DNA of 64,000 bases, from contig JAYWIR010000006.1 of assembly GCA_036172245.1 (NCBI GenBank), forward strand, positions 1,550,001 to 1,614,000, given 5' to 3'. Source of the stretch: Raillietiella orientalis (lineage: Eukaryota). A model generated the notes under the pieces. It saw only the letters and a list, made by a program, of their open reading frames with translations, searched no databases and was not told the origin of the DNA. Shown one piece after another: positions 35,870 to 47,879 of this stretch (positions within the stretch are counted from its first letter, which is position 1; each line of letters opens with the position of its first letter). The position numbers and the translations under genes were made by a program.

Positions 35870-37620
35870 GCGGCTGAACGAAAAGCCATTGCAGCTTCCA
35901 ATGATGCTTGGTGCTCACCTAAATCATCCCTGGAGACTGAGCGAGGGCACAGGGAGGGGAAGGACGCGCGTCATTATAGGGCCAAACGGCCCGTGCCGCG
36001 GCAGAAAATAGCGCGTGTCGCGATCTATTTGAAGACCCGATCTCGGGAGTTCGGGAGTGCGCGCTCCCATCCCGAAAATGGAGGACAGGGACGGGGAAAG
36101 AAAGAAGGGAAGAAGAAGAAGGAGGAGGAGAAGAAGAAGAGGAAAAAACCCCGGAGGAGAGAACTTAATGATTCTTCTCGTACCCTCCGGTGAAATTAAC
36201 AGATGGAGCTGCATCCGTCATGCACTCGGGACCGAATTTATAAGGAGGGGAGCAGGAAGCCAACGGATCGCCCAGAGCTATTTCCAGCCTCCCGCGCTCT
36301 AGCGATTAAGAGATCGCGCGGGAGAGGAGTCCTCCACCGGGAGCGCGAATTTTTCGACTCCCGGGACGCGGAGCGAGGAAGGAGCAGGGGGCGTGCCGAT
36401 TGTTTTTTTTTTACTCTCCCTCGTGGGGAAGGGGGGTGAGAGGGGAGGGGGAGAGACGGGGGGTAGGGGAATTTGCTCGGTGGTGCCAGCGCACCTGCTC
36501 ATCTCCTCTGACGGAGCGGAGATTGTCGGAGGAGTGGGAGAGGGGACAGGTCTAGCGTTCCTGGGATGGCATCGGGAAGGACGAAAAAGGGGAGAGGGAG
36601 GGCGCGATCGTTTTTTCCCCGAGACGCGCGCAATCCTTCCCCGCACCCGGAAGTTCAGCCTTAGAAGATCTTGAGCGTGTTCCGCGAATAGAGAGGGAGA
36701 CACGAGATGGGAGAGGGGAGGTCGAAGCTGCTCGCCGAAAAGGTCCCTCCCGCGTTCCCTTGGGAGGGAAGGAGCCGAATTCGCGTCTTCCCTGTACTCG
36801 GCTCCGGATCCTGGAGCAGGACGCGCGCGCATGCACCGCATCGTATCGATTTTTATATATGGCGCGGCGCAGAGGGAGCTGCTGGCACGATCTCCCTCCC
36901 GGCAGCCGCCCGCCGGATAATTAAAGTCTTCCTGATGAAAATCCGGAGGGAGAGGGCAGCTCGCGGTCCCTCCGCGATCCGGGAGGTGCTGCAGGCGCGG
37001 TGTGCTCCTCCTCGTCTTCCCCCTCTCTTCCCAAGCTCGCCTCTCCCTCTCTCTCCGCGCGCGGGGGCTGCCGGGGCGAAAGAGCTGGGCGCGCGCGGAG
37101 AGGCGCTCTCGCGGACACGTGGTCAAGGGAAGATAGACGACACCCGGCCTTTCCCTTCCTGAAAGACACCCACCCTCCGTCCCCTTCCTGAGAGGGCGCC
37201 CAAGAGCCTCTGAGAAGAATCTCTCTCGAAGGGAAGGAGGGTCGTCACCCTACGTCCAGTTTTCCCTCCTTCGCCCCCCTCCCCCATCGCAGTCATGACC
37301 TGCCCCCGCCTTCCTTCCCTCTGCGGGAGATCGCTGGACCCCCATCGCAGGGAAGCGACCGTGCGCCCCCCGGGTCCCTTGGCCTGCACCTCCCTCGCGA
37401 AGGAAGGATCTTCTGGAGCGACCGGTGGCGGCGCTGCGTTCTCTCCTCAAGGCTCCTTCCGGGAGGCTGGGAGAAACTTTCCGGGGAAACTCCGCAACTC
37501 GCGTGCGTGGACAAGTTTTCCCCGCGTCCGAGGCACCCCGTCCCCTTGGAAACACTGTTACAGTCCCGGGATGCCTCGGGCGCGAATGGCGAACCGTTTC
37601 CTTTTCCTGCTGGGCAACCC
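35870..37620 (+). pseudogene. hAT (Ac-like) transposase pseudogene
   Basis: IAASNDAWCSP (~SLTxDxWTS, first catalytic D); IARVAIYLKTRSREFG; WSCIRHALGTEFIRRG (CxxH motif, ~36210); RNFPGKLRNSRAWTSFP...PWKHCYSPG (~dimerisation domain, ~37500). Confidence 0.5.
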
Positions 37621-37749
37621 GGGAACGGGTTGCTCTGGGAGGAGCAACCCGAATCCTGCTCTGAGGTCCTCGCTGTAAATACGACGACGAAAAGGGGGAG
37701 GCGCTCGACTGGCACTGAGCCTGGCCGTTTGGATCAACAGAGAGGTGTC

Positions 37750-39600
37750 GTCCGCCGGACCTCCCGAGTCATTTTTCGGTTACCTGCACTTCGATCTTTT
37801 ATCCACTTCCACATTTGTACATTGTGCGAAAGGAGAAGGAGGTGTGTGGAGGGAGGTGAAAGAAGATTCTTCACGGCTGCCACCGCTCTTCCACTTCACT
37901 CCCACGACCAGGCGATGGCACTCGTCCAGGCGGGACTCCCTGCCGTGCGGCCGATGCCCCCAAGCAATGGTTTCAAAGCATGTCGAGGCGGATGAGGATG
38001 CTGGAACTCACCCACAACTTCCAGATGCGTTTCTCCTGGGATCTCCCTGAGACCCGGGAGCTTCCTCTACACCGCGTCCTTCCCTGGGTCCCGGGCTCCC
38101 TACGACGAGCGCTCTAGTTGGTGCACAGCATGGCGACTGCCTGCATCCTTCGCTTTTGCCGGACCTCTTCCAAGGCCGCCGAGGAGGGGCGGGCGGCTTC
38201 CAAGATGAGGGGCTCGTCCCTCTCCCCGCATAATCGGGATGGGTTGGACGGAGCTCTGGAAACTGATCCCTCAACCTGGAAACGATGGAGGTTGCTAGCC
38301 CCATAGCCTCCGAATCGAGACTCTCTGCTATCATCTCGTCGTGAGCAGCAGGGATCAGGATCCGGTTGCTGGTGGCAACAACCAAGGATGTGCGCAACTT
38401 CTTCCTCTTATGCCGCGCATCCTGTCCGCACGTTCCCGGCGGGAAGGATGCGGAACCCTCGCTTTCCCTCCGCTGAAGAAGGAAGTCCGAGGAGTCCCGA
38501 CGCTGATGCTGCTGCGAGACGCGCCTGATCTTCCTTGATACTTGTTCGTTTACACGAGAGGGCAGTTCCGGCCCCTGCTCCTGGCGGTTGGTGGCAGGAG
38601 GGCGGCTGGACTTGTAGCTCTGTTCCCGCCTCACGGCCCTCCTCCTCCCTTACTTCTCCTCTTCATCCCTCTTCCCCCCTTCCTCTACCCTTCTTCCCCT
38701 AATTCTGCACCCAGAAAACGCATCACGTGGGAACTGCCGCTCGAGACACTGCCGCCTCCGCGTGGGCGGGGACGACGCCTCGGCAGGCCGCTTCGCTGGA
38801 AGATGTCGGCGGGCGTCCCTGCAAACAGAAGGCACCTAGCTTGGACATCCCCCCTTGCAGCCTGGCCACAAAACTCGAGCCAAACCTCTCAGAGTGCTGC
38901 TCGCCTGAGCAGCACTCTGAGAGGACCGAGGGAAAGAAGGTACTTGGGAGCCGACAGCCCGTCTTCGAAGGTTCAGCAGCCACTCAACTTGCGAAGAAAC
39001 ACTCCGGGAACCGGATGGTGGTGCGGGATCCTCAAGGTGGACGGGCGTCCCGGCCGCATGCGGAGAGAATGAGGTGGCTCACGGCTGCCTCTCGCATCGG
39101 CCACAGCAGGGACACTCCCACGGCGGAGGACCAGGTCAACTCTAGGACTTCAGAAAGAAGAGGCAGCACCGCATGGCGGCGACGAAGGTCGAAGGAGGTC
39201 AACAGGTCTCCCTCTGCAAGTTGGGTCGAGACTTCTACGTGAAGCCCTCGTGGAAAGATTCTGGAATTGATCGGAGCCAAAAAACAGAAAAATAGAATTC
39301 CAAAATCGGGAGCGTCCACCACCCCCTATCCTTTTGTTCATTTTTTTCTTGTTCTGCCGTCCCCTGGAAAAAAGGAGACCCACGTTGCGAGGGTCGCGAT
39401 GTGTGCCACTCTTGAGAGACCACGGACCGCTCCGGCTGCCCGTCGGAAGGTGGCAGGAGAGTTCAGAGTGAAGGCGGCGCACTGCTCAACCGTGCTCCCC
39501 CCCACCCCCGCGCCTTTCGCTCCCGATCGTCACCCTCTACTCCCAAAATGCGCCAGACCGTCATCCGTTCGGTGCTCTTCAGGCTTCGGGTTGCCGACGG
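37750..39600 (+). mobile_element. Ty3/gypsy RH-INT remnant
   Basis: ESFFGYL; WREVKEDSSRLPPLFHFTPTTRR; KDVRNFFLLCRASC; AAWPQNSSQTSQSAARLSSTLR (~AYHPQxNGxxER...LR). Confidence 0.6.
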
Positions 39601-39719
39601 CGTCCTCCCTTCCCCCGCAGCCTGGAAGGCAGTGAGAGGTCTTCCGGTTCCCAGACCTGCTGCCCTCTTCCCTCTCCCATCGCTTCGGAGCATTCCAGCG
39701 CGTGCTGGGGACGGCCTTC

Positions 39720-40490
39720 TAACCAAAGCCTCAAGTCAGGGGTGTCCCAGGAGAGGACCAACCATGAATTCAGGTTCCTGAGGAAGGAGTCTATTCCTTT
39801 CACGCTAGAGAGGGGGACCCCTCGCCCTGGTCATCCATTCACTTCAACATCAGGAGACCGAGACTGCCTGCGCGGAGCACACAAGTCCTTCAGTTGGATT
39901 AGAGACCTCCCACTGTCCCACAGGGCGGTTCGCAGGAGGTCCTTCGTCCGCTTTTTAGCTTCCTCTTACGCTTGGGAGGGAACCCCGAAGGGAACCTCTT
40001 CCTTATTCGCTCCGGAGGCACCTCCATGGTTGTGAGGGTCTCTCCTTATCTCTTCGGAGGGAACCCACAAGGAAACTGCTCCTTGTTTTCTCCTCCTCTG
40101 AAAGAACCCCGAAGGGACGCCTCCCAATTTCTCTGAAGGGTTGCTTCTCGAAGAAGGCAGCGCGCTAGCGCGCTTTTTACAGTCTGGAGAGGCAACCCAC
40201 AGAGGAGGGGGCGAGTTCATTTCCGCAACCGGAGGGGAACTGATTCCTGGAAGGACCCCGGAGGATCAACTTTCAATGCCGATCAGTCAACGAGGGCATC
40301 CTGCTTCCACCAATGATGCCGCAACCGAATAGGTCAACCAGCGTCATCCTGCGGGGGAGACTCGAACTCCCGATGCAGCCTCCATTCTCGGCGCCTATCC
40401 TTCCCTGGGCAGGATTCGAACCCGCGACGCCCGGTGCCATGAGCAAAGACCGCAGCCGCACGGCCTCCAACCCGGGTCTCCTGGATGGCG
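39720..40490 (-). mobile_element. tRNA-headed LTR-like repeat family, copy with intact B-box
   Basis: Colinear with the other copies (CCAGGAGAGGACCAACCATGAATTCAGG; CTTACGCTTGGGAGGGAACCCCGAAGGGAACC), with ~150 bp of extra sequence at 39790-39945. Confidence 0.8.
40402..40477 (-). ncRNA. tRNA-derived cassette with canonical T-arm and B-box
   Basis: 76 nt: ACCCGGG-TT-GGAGGCC-GTGCGGCTGC-GGTCTTT-GCTCATGGCACCGGGCGTC-GCGGG-TTCGAAT-CCTGC-CCAGGGA. Perfect GGTTCGAATCC, 5-bp T-stem, acceptor pairs at 5 of 7. Confidence 0.7.
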
Positions 40491-40759
40491 CGTCCGCGGA
40501 AGGTACCGTTCTGGTGGCTGCCTAGCAGGCTCCTCCTCTTCACGAGTGAGGCGCGCAGCGGTTGACGACTCTGAGCCGCTGCTCTGCCGCGGAAGTCTAA
40601 TCAGGACGATTCCTGGTTCCTGCTAACGGGTAAACTCAGGAAGAAGGAAAAAAAGAAAAAGAAGAATTAAAACGAAATTTCCTCTCCGTGTTCTCGAGAT
40701 CTTGTTAGTAGAAATTGCGCTGAACGGAAGTGCGCGCGCTAGAATGGCGCGTTCGGCGG

Positions 40760-40850
40760 CAGAAGAAGAAGGAGAAGAAGAAGGAGGGGAAGAAGAAAAA
40801 CAACAACAAGAAGAGAAAGAAGACGGAGAAGGAGAAGAAGAAAAAAGAAC
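40760..40850. repeat. (GAA/GGA/CAA)n microsatellite
   Basis: Directly visible. Confidence 0.9.
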
Positions 40851-40899
40851 GCCTTATCTGGTAACGGGAGTCGTCCCGCGACAACCAGGAGAAAGAATC

Positions 40900-42900
40900 G
40901 ACGGGTTTTCGTTTGTTGACGCTGGAAGCGCCTCGGCTGCATATAAATATTTATCAACGGTGCATTTCCATCACAATTCATCCGGCTGTTTGTTCTTCCG
41001 TTGATAAATTATTTATTGAAGCCATCAAAACTTTCCTGTTCGCTTATTAATAGGCAACGCACAGGAGACACCGTCGATGGCCGAGGGGGCACGCCGCTTC
41101 GGATCCAAACTGAGATATCACGGGATGATAAATTCTAATCGTTGCAAACAGCCGCTTACCCAATGCGCGGCTCTCGGCCCTACCCCCCCCCTCCCCTCCT
41201 TTTCCCCACTCACCGCGCTCCCTCTGCAGCGCCAGTGTATCTTGGCAGCAATGGTTGTCACGTGGAGCAAGTGTTCTCACTTTGAAGTTACGCTATAAAT
41301 TTTTATCTCGACGTCGGCCTTTCTGAATCCGAAATTTTCAACACATTTCCTCCGCATCCCCTGCGTCATCGCTCTTATCAGGGTTCCCCCGTGGGCTCCG
41401 GAGAACTCTCGAAGCTTCCTCGACGTCAAGGAACAGAGCGCGGGAGGCTCTCTGGCCGCCGCCGGATGATTCACTCGATCCCACGCGTTTCCTCAGCGGG
41501 CCAGTTGGCTCGATAGCCTCCAGCCTCCCGTCGCAGGCCTCTGCGGGATCGGGCGTGGCTTCCCCGTCCTCTCCCCTCCCCTGCTGCGGAAGCTCGCCAC
41601 AGCGTCCGAGACGGGGTCCAGCAGTCAAGTTTTTCCTGCGAGGGCGCACGTGCCTTTCGTGGCCGCTTTCCTCCTTGCCGGGAGTAACGCTTTGTTTCCA
41701 TCGCAACCAGTTTCCGTCGGGGGCTTTTGGCAGAGGGCACCCTATCCCTTACCCCATCCATGTAGGGGAGAAAGTTCGGGGAAATTCTCCGGTGGGACAC
41801 CGAAAGGGGGCCTTTCGAAGGAAAGCTTTTTTCCCGCTTCGGACGTGGTGCGCGTTCCCCTGTTCCTTGGAAACACGAGGTGCTCGGCGCTCGTTTCCCT
41901 GGGCGATGTGCTGCGTCGCCGTGCGTCGCGCGCTTCCCTCCGGACTGCCCGGTTCCGTTCCCGAAAGGAGCTTCCGCCTCGCTCATCGTATCGCAGCTCC
42001 CGTGGTGGGGGATGCAGCGGAGACGTGACAATCTGCGAAAGATCGTGCGAGTCGGACGGTCCCTGACAGCCACCGGCGGCTCCCAGGAGAAGCAGATGCG
42101 TTCGAAAGAGCACGGGAGGAGAGTCCAGAGTAAAGCAAGCGGAAGGAACACATGCCTGATCGCGGGCGAAACCTCAGCTCTCCTCCCTGGCTGCACGCAA
42201 TCTGGCGCGCGCCGCCGAGCGAGGGGCTTCGGGGCCGCTCTCGCAGAAGGCCGCGAAGAAAACAGGGGACTTCCGGAGGGGCCTGCATCTCGAGAGGTCC
42301 CGGATTCAGGAACGGGGACCGAGCTCTCCTCGGGCCTTCGCCCAGAGATCCCAGGACAGACGCTCGCGATACGAAAGAGGGCTCCTTCACTTGGTGCAAG
42401 ATCGTGACGGATTGGGAGCGATCGCCCTCCTTCCTCCTCCTCTTCCTCCTTTCTGATCCACTCCTTCCGGACGCGAGGATGCCGGGGGGACAGCGCGCGA
42501 ACGGCTCCCCGCAAGGATCCCCTAAATCCGCCGAAATCTGGTTTGATCTTCGCCATCGCAGGGAACGCGTCATCTGCGGTCCCTCGCCGTCGTTTCGGAT
42601 CCTGGCAATCAGCAGACGTTTAATGATTCGCCCCTTGGAACAGGCCTTCCCGGGATCCTCCAAGCAAAGATGGGTGCCAAAAACCAGCGCCCCCCAAATC
42701 CGGCTTCGCTTGGAAGCCGCTCGTCGCTTGAGGGCGCGCACCCCTCTTCTCCTCGAGGTGATTCTGCTGGAAGCTTACCTAGGTCGGATATCGAATTTCC
42801 TGCTCATCCAGAGATCCAGGATTGAGGAAACGCAGGATGCTTTTTGCCTCTCGCTTTCCGCTGACGATGGAGCTCTCGGAACTCTCAGGTTGCGTTTCCT
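40900..42900 (-). mobile_element. Ty3/gypsy RT remnant, with probable upstream gag/protease
   Basis: AHGGTLIRAMTQ...DVEIKIYSVTSK*EHLLHV (~AP.TFQR.M...DDI.IYS.T.EEHL.H); RLFATIRIYHPVISQFG (~CxF...IxYLGHxISxxG). Confidence 0.65.
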
Positions 42901-43020
42901 CTCCTCTCGATCCTCGTCGTTCCATCCAGCTGATCCCCAGCGGTGACGTCAGGAGCCTCTCGAACACACGGCGCGGAGCACTCGTTTCAAGGAACAAACA
43001 AACAGGCAGAGCAAAAAAAA

Positions 43021-43044
43021 CACACACACACACACACACACACA
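43021..43044. repeat. (CA)12 microsatellite
   Basis: Directly visible. Confidence 0.95.
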
Positions 43045-43889
43045 ACAAAAACAACCGGATGCTGCCAAGACGAAATTTATCTGTGCGAAGGTGGCATCCC
43101 GAATGGGCTTGCTCCTTACCCGAGCGAGGAAGGCGCACCAGTCTTGCCTTGGGAGGCGGGCTAACAAGCACCACGGAGCAGACCCACACCTCTCCGGCAG
43201 TGCACAAGGCGGCGCAAGCCATCCTCTCGTCCCTTTGCTTCTCCTGGGGGAGGAGGAGGAGGGGAAAAACACGCCTTTTCGGCTCGGGCACTCCTCGGGA
43301 GCGGCTCGGAGCATTTCTCCCCACCGAAGCACCGGAAGCACGCTGGACAATTTGTTTCGTTCCTCTTATCATCTGCATCGGAACGATCTCGGCGTCTCCG
43401 AAGAAACAGTCCTCCTCCCCTCCCCCTCCTTCCTCGTTAGCCATGCAAATGGCTGTCCCGGGACTTGCCCTGCTTTATCCGCGCTGGTTCCTCGCCGCCT
43501 CGGAAAGCGACGCGTTTTCAATAACACGGCTGTTCCGAAGCTCCAATGACAAATCCATTGTGCCAGAGATGATGCGACGCGTCGTCATCCTCAGGGAGCA
43601 TACCTGGAATGCCTCTCGAACTCCCTCCTCAGGTCTAGATCGGGAGTGGCTGTCTGGTTGGGATGAAAGAGGGAACTCGCAATTCGGCACCGGGAACTCC
43701 TTGCGGAGCCGATTCGAAGCGCTTGCGTCCGAGATGGAGGGATCCTCTTTTCTGCATTTCCTCCTTCTCCCCCCCTTCCTTCCTCCTTAAAAAGAAAAAA
43801 AGGGGATGCCGGAGAAAAGATTCTGTTTTATTGCTTGCACTTCCTTCGGCTCCAGTCCTGCAGGAGGACAGAGATGGTCTTCACGCTCA

Positions 43890-44330
43890 GAGAGGTCTAA
43901 TTTCGACACTCCACACGAGTGTGCGTGCGTGTGTGTGTGTGTCGCCGATGTTTTCAAAACACAGATACAACACAGAAGCGGCCGGCCGAATACAAGCGCT
44001 TGAATAAATTGTGCTCGTGCTCTCGAGCGAATCTGGGATGCTCTTCCGTGGACCCAGGGAAGTGTCAAACTGAGCCATAATAAAGTGTGTTTTAGGTAGA
44101 TGTTTCTTCTGAAAACGGTGGCAATCCATCATTACGAGTACGCTCGTTGCGTTAGGAAGGAAAGATTTAAGGGAAAGACAGGCAGACCTGCTCTCGAGGA
44201 AGCATCGTTAATCATGAGATGCGAAGAGCGAAAACAAGCAAGAAGAAACGGTGAATTTGTACGAATGGCTAAAAACAGTTCTTCCATAGGTGGCTCGTTC
44301 GCAGCTCGAAGGCCGCGTGGGCATAAATTC
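43890..44330 (-). pseudogene. Ulp1-like (peptidase C48) protease remnant associated with the MULE
   Basis: LMIND...PVFPLNLSFLTQ; THFIMAQFD...RKSIPDSL (His ~44085, Asp ~44032); HSCGV (43907-43921, different frame). These follow the C48 order H-D-C. Confidence 0.4.
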
Positions 44331-44719
44331 ATTATTAAGAAAGCGTTTATGATGGATCGCGCAGCTGATGAAATGGTAACCGAGTCATGAGGGGGGGAAG
44401 GGGCGGGGGGGCGATGGGACTTGAAGCCAAGGGGCTGATTCCTGTTCCTTTTCCCTGCTGGTACGTGGATGAGCTCCCAGACAAACAGGTTCCTCCTCGC
44501 CTAAGAGCAGGACGGCCGGGAATCTGCTCCCCCACCCACGCGGCTGGCTGTGATGCACCCGGGTTTCCTTTACCCTCTTCGAGGCTCCCCGTGCACCTGA
44601 CCACGAATTCCTCGGAAACCTTCAGAGCCTCCTTCAAGAGAGCTCGAGAAAATGCTCAGGATGAGCTCGCGTCGGCGCGCATCTTCTGGTTCGCTTTCAA
44701 GCGCTGCCTTTCGCAAGCC

Positions 44720-46000
44720 TTGAGGCTTAGGTGCCGATACGGTCACCAGGCATGTGAATGTGACGTCTACGCATGTGTTTTCCGTTCTTCCTCGCGGTTT
44801 GTATCACTTGCACTCTTTTCGGGTTCCCGCGAAGGTGTTTGCACGGTTTTCATGAGCAGCAGAACAGATGCGAAGACGTGAGATTGACACCGAACTCAAC
44901 TACGACGCGGTTTCTCTTTCCCGCTTGCTGTCTCAGAAGTGTCTCCTGTTCCCCTCCTCTGCCACCTTGCTCTCGCAAGACCTCCGCACATCATGATGCA
45001 GTAAACTCTTTGAACACTTGGAGGTTCGTTTTCCCGTTCCATCTGACGCATTGCTCCCGAATGCTCCCTCAGGAGAATGTCTCCACCCCGGTCGGGAAGA
45101 GAGCGATGAGACTTCGGGCTGCTGAGCTTTGCGTCTCAATTAACCTCCAGATTTGCTCCTGTTTCAACATGCTCATTCTTTTCCTTGACAAGTGTTCTGG
45201 GACGGTTCTGTTTGTCACGTCTCTGCGTCCCAAGTGGTTCTTGGACTTGGCTGTCTTTCCTGAGAAGCTCTGCGCGAAGGAGGGCACGGAGTTCTCGATG
45301 GTTTCTTCCACTTTGAATGATACTGTTTCCTTGGGAGTAGCATCCAGACGGTTTCTTTCGTCCCACGCAACTCCCATTCTTTGCCCGAAGAGGCAGGAAC
45401 AGCACTTTCTGCTTCTTGCTGCTCCCAAGTCATCACTGGCGAATTGTCAACGTCCGGAGGGAACGGATTCCAAAAGACAGATCGATTTCATTTCGAAGGG
45501 CATGTTGTGGATGCTTTTCGGACAAGTACCGGTTCTTCCTGCAAGAGTTCAAAGGAATGGGAGGCTGTACCAGCATTTGATCGAGTGGAAGACCTAGATG
45601 CTTGGTCTAGTGTTGTTGCCGCGCTGCATGTTGGACCAGATCATTTCAGAGAAAAGATCCCCAGTTTCCCCTCGGCACTTCGCCATTCCCTCGGGACCCC
45701 ACGATCCCAGAGAATTTGCTACCAGCACCCGGGTGGAGGACAGTTCCTGGAGAATGGACAGAAGAAGAGCAGCCTCGCCACACGTCTCCTCCTCTTTCCC
45801 TGTGCACCGGTGAATGCTGCCAAGAGCGCAGTGGTCATTCAGAGCAACCAATCCCGATCGTGTTGATGGGACACGAAGTCCAACTTGAGTGTAAAGCCAA
45901 GTCTGGTATGACCCGGTCCTCCTCCACAAACCACCACCTTGAAGAGCTTGTCCCCTTCTTCCGTCCCGGTAAGGTGCCACGTATGCACCTCCCGGAGGTC
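44720..46000 (-). pseudogene. Mutator-like (MULE) transposase pseudogene with SWIM zinc finger
   Basis: One minus-strand frame broken by stops (including 45594 and 45069): FHSIKCWYSLPFL*TL (~DxTHxxNxYxLPLFTL); FASDD (~FMTDD); PSFAQSF; RDVTNRTVPEH...LKQEQIWRL (~TNNxVESWH...RL); FCCS*KPCKHL at ~44840 (SWIM). Confidence 0.65.
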
Positions 46001-46139
46001 GCCTAGAGGCGAGGGTGCCGCATGCAGTGGTGTTTTCGGGTATGGGGAGGCAGGGCATCGCTCCATACAGGTACAGGCGACTGGCACGAACGGGGGGTCT
46101 CCGCCGCAACGCAGACGGCGTGAAGGTTCAGGAGAGTGG

Positions 46140-47300
46140 CGGGGACGAATTTGAGGTTCCGGAGCCTCAGGCGTTCGCCGGTGAAGCGTGAAACCACGGT
46201 GCAGCCCGACGCTCGACGTGGCCTTGGCTCCCTTGGTCTGGACGCTTCTCGAACAGGCCATGCCGCCCTGCACCGCACACTGGAGGCGAACTTCGTCCCG
46301 ACAGGGTGGCGTGGAATGTGAGGGACTTCTTACGGCTACGCTCGGTCGCCCTTTGTGAAAGAAACCATCGCAGCACGTCCACGTGCAAGGGCGCCTGCCT
46401 GCCCACGGTCCACGGACTCCTCATGCCATTAGTCTGCCTCGAAAGAGGAAAGCGTTCGTTCATCCTTTTAACAAGGGAATTCCTTCCAGTGCAACTGAAT
46501 TCTTGTTACCCTGGCTACTTCGGTCACAAGATGCCACAGAGACCGAGGTCGCTGAGAGCGGAATCCACAATTTTTCTGTGCCACTGCGTTTCTGGAGCGC
46601 AGACCACGGACGTGGAGAAAATTCCCGGAGGGGTGTGCGGCAAGATAAATCCAGGAGCGTTGAGGCAAGGTGCTAAAGCTTCCCCTTCTGGTTGGCGTCT
46701 CGCCCCCTCTTCGCCCCTTTCCGGGAACCACGGAACCAGCGGCTTTTTTTCCTAGCTCGCGTTTCGCTCCGAGACGCCCCCTAGGAACGAGCCCCCCCTG
46801 CCCGTCACACGGTCGAATATTCTCTTGCCAACCGCATCGCCGAGTTTTCCCGAGCCCGCAGCAGACCGCTGCTGATGCTGTCCATCTTCTCCAGCCTCTC
46901 TTCACGACGACCGCCGCGGAACCGTGGAGACCTAGGAGCCCCAGTTCTTCCTTTCACTGCTGCGTTCTTTCCTGATGCCCCCGTCTCTGGGGTGGGTCTT
47001 CCGCCTTGGGATAGGAAGGAAGGCACAGGACGGCTCCTGGTAGGCGGAGCGACGAGGCAACAGTGCGCGGGGGGCTCGCCTCGAGCGTCCCTCACGCACC
47101 GCTCAATGGCAGCCACGAATGAGTCTCGAAGACTTGAAGAGGGAGCTGACTTCCTCGATCACACCTTGAGCTTCCTGTTGCTTTGGCGATGTGGGATTTT
47201 TTTTTTTTTTTTTCGGGTTCTTCCCGATTTCCGGATTGTGCAACCGGTAGCAGATAAAAGGAGACTCCAGTCTGCTCCTCCTTTAGCCCGTCCTCCGAAG
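46140..47300 (+). mobile_element. Ty3/gypsy integrase remnant abutting the MULE 5' end
   Basis: LDASRTGHAALHRTL...WRGM (zinc finger) and HGLLMPLVCLERGKRSFILLTREFLP (~GLLQPLPIPERPWxSISMDFxxxLP). Confidence 0.7.
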
Positions 47301-47879
47301 CCAAAGATCGTGAACTGGGCCATGGCGAGGCCGCGTATGGGGAGTGGCGGACGAGGTCTCGAGGAGAGGGTGGGTGGGAGGCGGACAACCTCCCTTCGCT
47401 CTTCTTCCTCCTCTTCCTTTCAAAGCTGTCGTAGAATGAGGAGGGGGGGAGGGGGTCACGATCCGTGCATTTGCGGAGACCGTGGCGGCAAATGGCGACA
47501 GCCGCCACCTCGTGTCGTGCTGAACCGAGCAACGGGGCTCGCTTCCCCTTCCCCCTCCCCTTCCCCACCTGAAGCGTGTCCTTTTTTGCGTCAGCGAACC
47601 CCGTTGTTCCCCCCCGCCATCACCCCAACCCGCTTCCTTTCAGACCCCAGCTTTTCCCCTTCACTCTCCTGCTCTTCCCTTCCGCACCCGCGGCGAGAGA
47701 GCGGAGGCGCGCTCGCTGCGGTTTCAGGCCGGGATTTTCTCTCATTCGCGGAGCCGGGATTTCGGGGGGAGGGGGGGGGAGGACTGAGGAAGAGAGAGGG
47801 GAGGGGGTGAGGGCAGGGGAGACAGCCGACGTCACGGAAGGGACGACGGCGGAATCGGACAAGTCCCGGAGTGATGAAT

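Noticed and set aside
40402..40477. Functional tRNA gene
   Set aside because: The anticodon stem does not pair, the acceptor stem has mismatches, no oligo-T terminator follows, and it is embedded in a dispersed repeat.
44773..45597. 274-aa plus-strand ORF as a gene
   Set aside because: It is the antisense shadow of the MULE frame on the minus strand.
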